Below are positions 27,126-35,182 of a DNA stretch of 35,182 nt, piece after piece; within the stretch, counting starts at the first letter, position 1, and every line of letters begins with the position of its first letter. A model generated the notes under the pieces. It was not told the DNA's origin and ran no database searches. It saw only the letters and a program-made list of their open reading frames with translations. The translations under genes and the position numbers were made by a program. The stretch covers positions 3,560-38,741 of the forward strand of contig CAYPJC010000001.1 of NCBI GenBank assembly GCA_964410855.1, read 5' to 3'. The DNA is from an uncultured Flavobacteriales bacterium. GTDB lineage: Bacteria > Bacteroidota > Bacteroidia > Flavobacteriales_E > Vicingaceae.

Positions 27126-27555
27126 ATCCAACCAAAATAGTAACACAACCGTCTCTAACAATGTCGGTTGTGCTTTCGCTTTTGGGTAGTTGTATGCTTA
27201 ATATTAAGGGTTGTGTCTTGTCAACTTCGATATCTTCAAAAGCAAATGTTTTCTTTATTGTATCAGTTGCCAAAACTTTGTTTTCCATACTTTTTATCTC
27301 GTATATAGTATTTTCAAAATAGGGATCTGCACAAACTATTAGTCGGTATGAAAGGCCTTTATTGAAATTAAGCTGAACTATAGCTTCTTGGCCTGCAGAC
27401 ATTTTAGTTGCATTTAATTGACCATTACTTAAATAGGGTTCTAATCCTGGAAGGCAATTTCGTTTGGTAAATCCTTTGCATTGAGCAGAAGCACAAACTG
27501 TGAATAATGTGGCACATCCAAGAATCGCAAGTTTGGTTAGTAGGTAATTTTTCAT
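27112..27555 (-). CDS. Secreted hypothetical protein (Cys-containing, about 120 aa mature)
   Basis: 147 aa with signal peptide MKNYLLTKLAILGCATLFTVCASA|QCKGF. ATGA overlap with the upstream gene. The 3' end overlaps the convergent protease gene by 14 nt. Confidence 0.55.
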   Translation of the reverse strand: MKNYLLTKLAILGCATLFTVCASAQCKGFTKRNCLPGLEPYLSNGQLNATKMSAGQEAIVQLNFNKGLSYRLIVCADPYFENTIYEIKSMENKVLATDTIKKTFAFEDIEVDKTQPLILSIQLPKSESTTDIVRDGCVTILVGFKDD

Positions 27556-28484
27556 TCAATTATTTTAGCACGCATTGCAGCAACTTCTTCTTTTATCATA
27601 TTAAAGGTAGAGTCAGGAAGTATTACTTCTTCTTTGTCGCTGCTAATTTTTAAAACTCCGTTTTCCTTTTTTGCAGTCTGATGATATTCGGTATCATCAT
27701 CGCCTAATACATCAAAATGGGCGTCAATTTTTTTAATAGACTGGAGGAGTTCCTCAGAGCCATCTTTGTTGTTAAGGCTTTCAATAAGTAGTATTAAATT
27801 TTTTAAAGAATATCGCTGACTTGCAATAATTTCTCTTATTCCAATAGAGTTTTTCTGCTCATCTGCCATCTCAGTGCCTAAATACAAGCCTTCAACCCAT
27901 CCACCAGTTAAAATATAAGTAGAAATATCTTGTTGATTCTGATTCTTTAAATAACTATCATTATCAAGAAAAAATTCTGAAACAACTTGCAGTAAAGTGT
28001 CTTTACTGTTTGCATTTTTTTCAAGTCTTGAAACAAATTCTTTTTGAAAGGTTTGACCAATACCCAAATCTTCAGCCATTAATTGAGTTACAGTGAAATA
28101 CTCAATAGCATCTTGATGCTTTCCAAAAAGGCCTGCATAGCTTAGGTCGGCTCCGTATATGCCTAAATTAAGGGCTTTTTTAATTTTTAAATTATATCGA
28201 TTTCGATTTTTAGTATTATGTAATTTGTCATAATGATATTCAACCCCTTCCTTCTTAAATAGATAAGTTAATTCTAAAGGAGAAGGAAGAGTATAAAAGA
28301 TTTTTTTAATTTGAATAATTTTATCTTTTGATTCTTGAGACTTCTCATCATTAGCTATACTAATCGTGTTAGTTTTATCAACTGAATTAGTTCTTTTTGC
28401 CTCATTTACGCAAGCATAAAAGGGAATGATTAAGCAGAGTGTGATATATAAATATCTTTGTTTGATTGGATTCATTGGGTTCAA
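27552..28484 (-). CDS. Hypothetical lipoprotein
   Basis: 310 aa with a lipobox-like IIPFYAC. The mature part is predicted helical. No motif recognised. It lies 19 nt downstream of polA on the same strand. Confidence 0.6.
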   Translation of the reverse strand: MNPMNPIKQRYLYITLCLIIPFYACVNEAKRTNSVDKTNTISIANDEKSQESKDKIIQIKKIFYTLPSPLELTYLFKKEGVEYHYDKLHNTKNRNRYNLKIKKALNLGIYGADLSYAGLFGKHQDAIEYFTVTQLMAEDLGIGQTFQKEFVSRLEKNANSKDTLLQVVSEFFLDNDSYLKNQNQQDISTYILTGGWVEGLYLGTEMADEQKNSIGIREIIASQRYSLKNLILLIESLNNKDGSEELLQSIKKIDAHFDVLGDDDTEYHQTAKKENGVLKISSDKEEVILPDSTFNMIKEEVAAMRAKIIE

Positions 28485-28503
28485 ATATAGTTATTTTAAG
28501 TAT

Positions 28504-31299
28504 TTAATGTGCATCTAACCAATTGTCAGCATGGTCCATTTCTACGATTAATGGAACTTTTAGTTTTACTGCGTTCTCCATTTTGCTTTTTATGATGGGT
28601 TTAATTATTTCAATTTCCTCTTTATGGGCATCAAATACCAATTCATCATGCACTTGAAGTAGGAGTTTAGATTTAAAACCTTGACTCTTAAATTCCTTTT
28701 GAATAGAAATCATTGCAACTTTAATAATATCTGCTGCCGAGCCTTGAATTGGAGCATTTATAGCATTTCTTTCTGCATATCCTCTAACAATTGCGTTTCT
28801 GCCGTTTATGTCATTTAAATAGCGTCTTCTTTTCATGATAGTTTCAACATATCCATTTTCTTTAGCAAATTGAATACTTTCGCTCATATAGCTTTTTATG
28901 CCTGGATATTTTTCGAAATAATTTTCAATTAAGATCTGAGCTTCTTTTCTAGGAATGTTAATCCTTTGCGAAAGCCCGAAGGCTGAGATACCATAAATAA
29001 TCCCAAAGTTGACTGTTTTAGCTTTGCTTCGCATGACTCTATCAACATCTTTTAAATCTACTTCAAATACTTTTGATGCAGTAACGGAGTGTATATCAGT
29101 CCCTTCTTTAAATGCTTGAATCATTCCTTTATCTTCACTTAAGGCAGCAATAATTCGAAGCTCAATTTGGGAGTAATCAGCAGCCAATAACTTATATTCA
29201 TTGCTCGAAGGAATAAATGCCCGTCTAATTTCTCGCCCTTTTTCAGTTCTAATTGGGATATTTTGAAGATTCGGATTATTGGAGCTCAATCTTCCAGTAG
29301 CTGCAACAGCTTGCATGTAATTAGTGTGGATATGATTTGTTTTCGGGTTCACTAGTTCAGGTAAACTATCAACATAAGTCGATTTTAATTTTTTTAATGA
29401 CCTATATTCTAGAACTTGAGGTATTATTTCATGCTTGTTTTTCAATTTCGTTAATGTCTCTTCTGAGGTAGAATATTGCCCTGTTTTCGTTTTCTTCGCT
29501 TTTGAATCTATTTCTAAAACCTCAAATAATACTTGGCCTAACTGCTTTGGAGAGTCAATATTAAATTCAGTTGTTGCCAGTTTAATTATTTTGGACTTAA
29601 GTTCACTAAGTGATTTTCCAAGTTCTTTAGAAAATTTTGCCAATGCATCTTTATCGAGATTTATTCCTTCGCGTTCCATAGAAGCAAGGACTGAAATTAG
29701 TGGCATTTCAACCTCATCAAACAATTTTCTTGTATCGCCTTCTCCCAGTTCTTTCTCAAATATTTCTTTTAATTGAAAGGTAATGTCTGCGTCTTCGCCA
29801 GCATATTCTGAAATTAATTCGAGGTCAACATCTCTCATGCTTCCTTGATTTTTACCTTTTTTGCCAATAAGGTCTTCAATCGGTTTTGGTCGATAATTCA
29901 GGTAATTTTCTGCTAAAACATTCATATTATGTTTCTGATCTGCTTGAAGCAAATAATGAGCAATCATGGTATCAAAAAACTTTCCTTTTAATTCAATGTC
30001 GTAATTCTTAAGAATGGCAAGATCATACTTTAGGTTTTGGGCTATTACCTCTTTGCTTTCGTCTTCAAATATTTCCTTAAATGGTTTTAATTCATCTTTG
30101 GCTTTCTCTCGATTTTCATCTATCGGAACATAGAATGCCTTACCTTTCTGAATGGAGAAAGAAATGCCTACCAATTCTGATGTTAATGGATTTAAGCCAG
30201 TAGTTTCTGTATCAAAACAATAAGATTTAGCCTCTTTAAGGATCGCTATAAGATTATCAACTTTTTGTTTTGTGTCCATTAGTTGATAATCATGCTCAGT
30301 ATTTTCTAAGGTCTGAAGTTCCTTCAATTCAACTTCTTGATTCTGGTTCTCATTTTCATCAGTTGAAGAAGAGTTGAATAAGTCCATCTGACCTCCACTA
30401 TTAGCTGTCATTGCAATAGGCTCTCCAAGAATCCGTTTGCTTAAAGTTCTGAATTCAACTTCTGCGAAAAGCTCCTCTAAGACTTTTTTATCCATAGGAT
30501 CTCTCTTTAAGTCTTTCGGATCGAATTCTATGGGAACATCTAGAATAATAGTCGCTAATTTTTTAGAAAGTAAGGCTTGATCCTTATTCGCTTCGACCTT
30601 TTCTCTCATTTTTCCCTTTAATTCAGAGCTGTGGTCAAGAAGGTTTTCAACGCTGCCATATTCTTTTAAAAATCGTTTAGCCGTTTTATCGCCAACCCCC
30701 GGAATTCCTGGAATATTGTCAACTGCATCTCCGCACATGCCCAAATAATCAATTACTTGCAAAGGCTCATCTATTTCAAATTTCTTGCATATTTCTTCAA
30801 CTCCCAAAATCTCAGCCTTGTTTCCCATGCGGGCTGGTTTATACATGAAAATGTTTTCTGAAACTAATTGTCCAAAATCTTTGTCAGGTGTCATCATGTA
30901 GGTCACAAAGCCTTCTTTTTCAGCTTTTTTAGCTAAGGTGCCAATCACATCGTCTGCTTCATATCCATCAACAAATAATATAGGTATTTGAAATCCACTT
31001 ATCAATCTTTTTATATATGGAATGGCCGTTCTGATATCGTCTGGCATAGCTTCTCTATTAGCCTTGTATTCACTAAACTCTGTATGTCTTATGGTTGGTT
31101 TACTGGTGTCAAAAACAACAGCAATGTGACTAGGATTATGTGTCGATAGAACCTCAAATAGAGTAGTAGTAAAACCATAGATTGCTGAAGTATTTAACCC
31201 TTTTGAGTTAACCATCTGATTTTGACTAAATGCAAAATAAGCTCTATAGATTAATGCATAAGCATCTAAAAGCCATAACTCTTTTTTATTTTCTGACAT
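28504..31299 (-). CDS. polA: DNA polymerase I (5'-3' exonuclease, 3'-5' exonuclease and polymerase domains)
   Basis: 931 aa. N-terminal LLDAYALIYRAYFA and GVGDKTA belong to the 5' nuclease. FDTETT is Exo I. DYSQIELR (motif A), RSKAKTVNFGIIYG (motif B) and QVHDELVF (motif C) are present. Confidence 0.97.
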   Translation of the reverse strand: MSENKKELWLLDAYALIYRAYFAFSQNQMVNSKGLNTSAIYGFTTTLFEVLSTHNPSHIAVVFDTSKPTIRHTEFSEYKANREAMPDDIRTAIPYIKRLISGFQIPILFVDGYEADDVIGTLAKKAEKEGFVTYMMTPDKDFGQLVSENIFMYKPARMGNKAEILGVEEICKKFEIDEPLQVIDYLGMCGDAVDNIPGIPGVGDKTAKRFLKEYGSVENLLDHSSELKGKMREKVEANKDQALLSKKLATIILDVPIEFDPKDLKRDPMDKKVLEELFAEVEFRTLSKRILGEPIAMTANSGGQMDLFNSSSTDENENQNQEVELKELQTLENTEHDYQLMDTKQKVDNLIAILKEAKSYCFDTETTGLNPLTSELVGISFSIQKGKAFYVPIDENREKAKDELKPFKEIFEDESKEVIAQNLKYDLAILKNYDIELKGKFFDTMIAHYLLQADQKHNMNVLAENYLNYRPKPIEDLIGKKGKNQGSMRDVDLELISEYAGEDADITFQLKEIFEKELGEGDTRKLFDEVEMPLISVLASMEREGINLDKDALAKFSKELGKSLSELKSKIIKLATTEFNIDSPKQLGQVLFEVLEIDSKAKKTKTGQYSTSEETLTKLKNKHEIIPQVLEYRSLKKLKSTYVDSLPELVNPKTNHIHTNYMQAVAATGRLSSNNPNLQNIPIRTEKGREIRRAFIPSSNEYKLLAADYSQIELRIIAALSEDKGMIQAFKEGTDIHSVTASKVFEVDLKDVDRVMRSKAKTVNFGIIYGISAFGLSQRINIPRKEAQILIENYFEKYPGIKSYMSESIQFAKENGYVETIMKRRRYLNDINGRNAIVRGYAERNAINAPIQGSAADIIKVAMISIQKEFKSQGFKSKLLLQVHDELVFDAHKEEIEIIKPIIKSKMENAVKLKVPLIVEMDHADNWLDAH

Positions 31300-31359
31300 G
31301 AAATTTGATTGAAATTAAAAGCTTCAATTTAGGAAAAAGCTAAGAAATATACTATTGAA

Positions 31360-32382
31360 TTATTGAGCAGTTTTACTTTCTTCTAAAATAGTTGCAAGTA
31401 CTGTTTCACCAACTGCTTGAAGGGTGTTTTTGTCAATAATGTCTAGCTTATCGGCATGCGTATGATGATACGAACCGAATCCGCCTAAAGCTGGATCATA
31501 TTGGATGATATCAATACTTGGAATATTCATTAAGGTATTAACATAGAGATGGTCGTCTTCTCCAACATATGCTTTTTCTTCGAATACAAAATAATTACTG
31601 TGACCTAAATGGTATGCAATATTCCAAACTTTGTTCACAATGTTAGGAGCGTATTTCATTGAAATAATTTTCTCCTTTGGGAATATGGCATTTTTAGCAC
31701 CAACCATATCTAGTAAAATTCCAAAATTTGCGCTATAATTTGGTTTGTGAGGGTTAGCTCCCCAATATTGACTCCCAAGACACCAGGTTTTAGCTTGATA
31801 AGGCCCATAGTCTGAAGGTTGACCATAATCTTCTGCATCAAAAAATATAATATCAACACCTATTTTTGGTTTTTCTAATTGTATTTGTCTCGCAATTTCA
31901 AGTAAAACGCCCACTCCACTTGCCCCATCATTTGCCCCATCAATTGGTTTGTCTTTATCTATTGTGTCAGAATCAGCGAAAGGTCTAGTATCCCAATGTG
32001 CAAAAAGTAAAATGCGATTGTTTAGATCTGGGAGGTAACTCCCGATAATATTTTTAATAGCTAGATTCTTGTTGTTAAATGATTTAACAATTGCCTCTTG
32101 TTCTATTACTTCAAATCCAAACGAGCTTAATTTATCAGCAAGGTAAAAGCCGGTCTTTTGGTGCGCTTCAGTATTTGGAACTCTTGGTCCAAAACTAACT
32201 TGTTTCTCTATATACGAGTAAGCAGAGTCCTTATTGAAATTAGGCCTTTCAATTAATTGTTGAGTTTTTTTAACTAAGGTTGGATTTGCTTTCTTCTCGT
32301 TATCTGATTCACCACAAGAAAAAAGAAACGTTATAAAAAAGTAAAGTAAGTATTTAGGATTCAAAACTCCATTCAGCGCCAT
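31360..32382 (-). CDS. M28-family lipoprotein, glutaminyl-peptide cyclotransferase-like
   Basis: 340 aa with lipobox FLFSC. FAHWDTRPFAD, GANDGASGVGVLLEIAR, FFDAEDYG and the C-terminal YHHTHAD match the animal-type glutaminyl cyclase / M28 metal-site pattern found in Bacteroidota. ATG 32382 overlaps cysS by 29 nt; an in-frame TTG at 32364 would give MNPKYLLYFF... Confidence 0.75.
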   Translation of the reverse strand: MALNGVLNPKYLLYFFITFLFSCGESDNEKKANPTLVKKTQQLIERPNFNKDSAYSYIEKQVSFGPRVPNTEAHQKTGFYLADKLSSFGFEVIEQEAIVKSFNNKNLAIKNIIGSYLPDLNNRILLFAHWDTRPFADSDTIDKDKPIDGANDGASGVGVLLEIARQIQLEKPKIGVDIIFFDAEDYGQPSDYGPYQAKTWCLGSQYWGANPHKPNYSANFGILLDMVGAKNAIFPKEKIISMKYAPNIVNKVWNIAYHLGHSNYFVFEEKAYVGEDDHLYVNTLMNIPSIDIIQYDPALGGFGSYHHTHADKLDIIDKNTLQAVGETVLATILEESKTAQ

Positions 32383-33832
32383 CTTTTCCGTCTTTAATAA
32401 TAATGTTTAGCTTGCCTAATTTGTCTCGTATTTTATCTGAGGTTGTAAAATCCTTTTCTTCTTTTGCTGCCTTTCTAAAAGCCAGTATAAGATCCATTAA
32501 CTCTCCAGTAATTTCATTTTTTGCATGAGCCCCTTCTTCTAATTGAAGTCCCAAAATATCATAAAAAAATACATTATAAATAGTTTTTAACTTTTCCAAA
32601 TCGATCTTTGAAATTGTATTATCTCCTTTTAATATCGAGTTAATCCATTTAAGGCCATCGAATAACTTAGCGATTGCCATTGGTGAATTAAAGTCATCAT
32701 TCATTACTCCGTATATTTCATCCTCAAAAGCAGCTACATCTATGGTGCTAATCTTATCAGGTATTAATTCTGATAAGCGTATCATGCCTTTTTGCAGTCG
32801 AACTAAACCCTTCGAGGCTGCTTCCAACGCTTCATTTGAGAAATCTAATGTACTCCTATAGTGAGATTGAAGAATAAAGAATCGAATGGTCATAGGAGAA
32901 TAGGCGCGATCTAATTGAGGGTTTTCTCCACTAAATAATTCATGGCAAAAAATCCCATTTCCTAGAGACTTGCCCATTTTTTGCCCGTTAATAGTAACCA
33001 TATTGTTATGTAGCCAATAATTGGCAAATGGCTTTCCGGTATGTGCTTCAGCTTGAGCAATTTCACATTCGTGATGTGGAAATGAATTTTCAAGGCCTCC
33101 ACCATGGATGTCAAAATTATCTCCCAAGTATTTTTGACTCATAACAGTACATTCAATATGCCATCCTGGATAACCTGCACCCCAAGGAGAATTCCATTGC
33201 ATCAAGTGACTAGGATCTGCTTTTTTCCATAGGGCAAAGTCTATTGAATTTCTTTTTTCAGATTGAGCAGCTAAAGTTCTATTTGCGCCGCCTTCCATCA
33301 TTTCTTCAACAGAACGTCCCGAAAGCTTTCCATAGTTATGCTTTTCATCATACTTGCTAACGTTAAAGTACACTGACCCATTTACCTCATAAGCAAAACC
33401 TTTCTTAATTAGATCTTCGATGATTTCTATTTGTTCAGGAATATGTCCAGAAGGTCTCGGGTATATCGAAGCACGTTTTACATTCAAGGCATCCATGTCT
33501 CTAAAGTAATTATGCATGTACTTTTCAACGATTGCCATTGGGTCAACTTGCTCTAGACGGGATTGTTTTGCGATTTTATCATCACCTTCATCTGCATCAT
33601 CAGTTAAATGTCCAACATCAGTGATGTTTTGAACATATTTTACTTTAGGAAAGAGATGACTGAGGTATCTAAAAATTAAATCGAATGAAACGTAAGACTT
33701 TGCGTGACCTAAATGGGCATCTCCGTAAACCGTTGGGCCACATACATACATCCCAATTGTATTTTTATCTATTGGAATAAACGGTTCTTTCTTCCGACTT
33801 AAGGTGTTATAAAGTACTAATTTAGATGACAT
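32354..33832 (-). CDS. cysS: Cysteine--tRNA ligase
   Basis: MYVCGPTVYGDAHLGHA is the HIGH motif and KMGKSLGN is the KMSKS motif. I prefer ATG 33832 (MSSKLVLYNTLSRKK...) over the ORF-track TTG at 33865. Confidence 0.95.
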   Translation of the reverse strand: MSSKLVLYNTLSRKKEPFIPIDKNTIGMYVCGPTVYGDAHLGHAKSYVSFDLIFRYLSHLFPKVKYVQNITDVGHLTDDADEGDDKIAKQSRLEQVDPMAIVEKYMHNYFRDMDALNVKRASIYPRPSGHIPEQIEIIEDLIKKGFAYEVNGSVYFNVSKYDEKHNYGKLSGRSVEEMMEGGANRTLAAQSEKRNSIDFALWKKADPSHLMQWNSPWGAGYPGWHIECTVMSQKYLGDNFDIHGGGLENSFPHHECEIAQAEAHTGKPFANYWLHNNMVTINGQKMGKSLGNGIFCHELFSGENPQLDRAYSPMTIRFFILQSHYRSTLDFSNEALEAASKGLVRLQKGMIRLSELIPDKISTIDVAAFEDEIYGVMNDDFNSPMAIAKLFDGLKWINSILKGDNTISKIDLEKLKTIYNVFFYDILGLQLEEGAHAKNEITGELMDLILAFRKAAKEEKDFTTSDKIRDKLGKLNIIIKDGKDGAEWSFES

Positions 33833-33958
33833 GCAGTTGAAAAGGTATTTATTTTGAGTAGGCAAAGAAAAGCAATTCTCTGCATTTTAAAGTCTCAGAA
33901 CAAGCAAAAAAGATATTACTAAGCATACATCGATTAGGAGAGAAAATGGAACAGTAGC

Positions 33959-34848
33959 TTATACATCTTTTTCAATCACGCCATCGCCAATGTATTTACC
34001 GCCTTTGAAAATTCCAATACGGAGTAAAAGACCATTGTCGTCGTATTCGTAATCCTTACCATCGATTAGTCTAAAGTTTTTAAATACGCCGTCTTTTGCA
34101 ATTTGTCTATTTCTATTATAGAGTTTCTTATAGCCATTTCCGTCAAAGCCTCCTTGGTTAGGTTTTTCACCTTGTCTCGCCTTTACATTCATCTCCTTGC
34201 CTTCCGCTAACTGTTTTTCTAGTGGATCTTTTTGTGGAGTTTTTGGCGCATAAGATTCATAAGAGTCCTTATTCATTTCACCATTGTTGAAACTCTTAAT
34301 AGTCATAAGGTCTCCATTTTCATAATACTCTTTCATTTGACCAGTTTCCAAACCTTCTTGCCAAGTTCCTGTAAGCCTAAGATTACCGTTTTCGTAGTAA
34401 TATTTTTGTGTTCCACTTCTTTTACCATTTTCAGTAAAAGTAAATTCTTGAGCTACTTTTCCGTTTCGTGGTATCTTTTAAAATTGCCAGTATTTTTAGT
34501 CCTCTCCCAATTCCCTTTTTCTTCAATTTTCCCATTTTTATAATACAAAGTATAAGCTCCATAAGGCCTGCTTCCCTTATAGGTGATTTCACTTTTAAGC
34601 TTCCCATTTGGAAAATAAGCTTTCCATAAGCCCATCTTACGACTATTTTGATATTTCCCTTCCTCTACCATTGCACCTAACTGGTAGCCTTTATTCTTCG
34701 AAGGATTAGCTTTTACTACCCACAATCCTTGTCGCTTATTATTAACATCTTTTTTATTGATGGTATCGCCATTTAGCATTTCATAGGATTGCGTCCATGC
34801 TTGCAAGGAGAATAAAAGGAAGGAGAAAATGAATAGTAAAAGTTTCAT
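33959..34848 (-). pseudogene. Signal-peptide MORN-variant-repeat (YwqK-family-like) gene interrupted by a 1-nt frameshift. Track ORFs 34453-34848 and 33959-34351 are two halves of one roughly 296-codon gene.
   Basis: The 5' ORF ends ...GNFKRYHETEK*. The downstream frame is open from 34477 and reads KIPRNGKVAQEFTFTENGKRSGTQKYYYENGNLRLTGTWQEGLETGQMKEYYENGD..., running into the 3' ORF. One extra A in the A3 run (plus-strand TTT 34464-34466) would restore ...FKRYHENGKVAQEF..., a perfect repeat unit. Confidence 0.7.
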
Positions 34849-34918
34849 AAACTAAAATAGACCTTAAAAATAGCAAAAAGATTTCATAATTTGTTTCTAG
34901 AATTGGAACAATTTGGTT

Positions 34919-35182
34919 TTACCTTAAATTTAGCAACATGTCTTTCGTCATTTTCTCTAAATCATATTTCATTTTCCATCCCCAATCTTTTTGAGCAGCT
35001 TCATCATTTATGCTTGATGGCCAACTCTCAGCAATTTTTTGCCTGAAATCTGGATTATAAGATATTTTAAATTCTGGAACTTCATTTTTTATAGCAGCTG
35101 CAATTTCTTTTGGAGAAAAGGATATTCCTCCTAAGTTGTAGCTTGATTTTATTTTGATATTTTCTACGGGAGCTTCCATGAT
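34919..35182 (-). CDS. tdh: L-threonine 3-dehydrogenase (NAD-dependent epimerase/SDR-type), C-terminal fragment; the 5' end lies beyond the window
   Basis: The ORF is open to the window edge. ...SFSPKEIAAAIKNEVPEFKISYNPDFRQKIAESWPSSINDEAAQKDWGWKMKYDLEKM matches the conserved C-terminus of extended-SDR threonine dehydrogenases. Confidence 0.75.
   Translation of the reverse strand: MMEAPVENIKIKSSYNLGGISFSPKEIAAAIKNEVPEFKISYNPDFRQKIAESWPSSINDEAAQKDWGWKMKYDLEKMTKDMLLNLR

Noticed and set aside
29435-29776. 113-aa antisense ORF inside polA, plus similar antisense ORFs at 1843-2037, 4414-4614, 9566-9781, 11502-11744, 13380-13580, 16034-16249, 17040-17255, 23850-24059 and 34232-34543
   Set aside because: All lie wholly inside strongly supported genes on the opposite strand and have low-complexity Ser/Phe/Leu-rich translations. 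They are the expected shadow ORFs of AT-rich coding sequence.
33833-33865. N-terminal 11-codon extension of cysS from TTG 33865 (MPTQNKYLFNC...)
   Set aside because: CysS family N-termini begin close to the MSSKLVLYNTLS sequence. ATG 33832 is the first ATG, and the extension has no conserved features.
34453-34480. Programmed -1 ribosomal frameshift at GAA-AAG-TAG (A-AAG slippery site next to a stop codon) joining the two MORN ORFs
   Set aside because: A slip there would give ...YHETEKVAQEF. The downstream frame already encodes the consensus NGK upstream of that point (PRNGKVAQ), so the frames switch at the A3 run between E and N. A simple 1-nt indel explains the data better. No X-XXY-YYZ heptamer or downstream structure was noted.
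1-35182. CRISPR arrays, transposases/IS elements, retron/DGR reverse transcriptases, restriction-modification or other defence islands
   Set aside because: I saw no regularly spaced direct repeats. No ORF has nuclease, RT, transposase, ATPase-defence or methylase-restriction hallmarks. The lone methyltransferase (8045-8716) sits inside the glycan operon and looks like a small-molecule or sugar methyltransferase.

Overview
This is an AT-rich, tightly packed chromosomal segment from a Bacteroidota (Flavobacteriia-like) genome. The lineage call rests on a T9SS C-terminal sorting domain, repeated TAnnTTTG -7 promoter boxes, Gln at +1 after every predicted signal-peptidase-I site, and the gene content. 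About three quarters of the window is ordinary housekeeping: coaX, tRNA-Phe, dxr, rseP, purQ, nadD, gmk, yicC, a metC/metB-type PLP enzyme, polA, cysS, and a partial short-chain-type threonine dehydrogenase. The only accessory-looking block is an eight-gene, co-directional, start/stop-overlapping Wzx/Wzy-type glycan locus at 1595-9981 on the minus strand. It sits next to tRNA-Phe and faces a divergent small Wzz-like gene and a secreted vWA protein. Other notable genes are a multidomain M43 metalloprotease with a T9SS C-terminal domain, a glutaminyl-cyclase-like M28 lipoprotein, and several conserved hypothetical secreted or membrane proteins. I found no CRISPR array, transposase, integrase, phage genes, reverse transcriptase, toxin-antitoxin pair or recognisable defence system, so I do not claim a convincing novel system here. 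Four things deserve a second look. First, a signal-peptide MORN-repeat gene is split by a 1-nt shift in an A-run. Second, an 18-nt near-copy of the tRNA-Phe 3' end lies about 140 nt downstream of the tRNA, which looks like an att scar. Third, the glycan locus carries two Wzy_C-type membrane proteins and an atypical glycosyltransferase. Fourth, a 281-nt structured intergenic region precedes the T9SS protease gene. All functional calls come from by-eye motif recognition in the translations; no database search was run.
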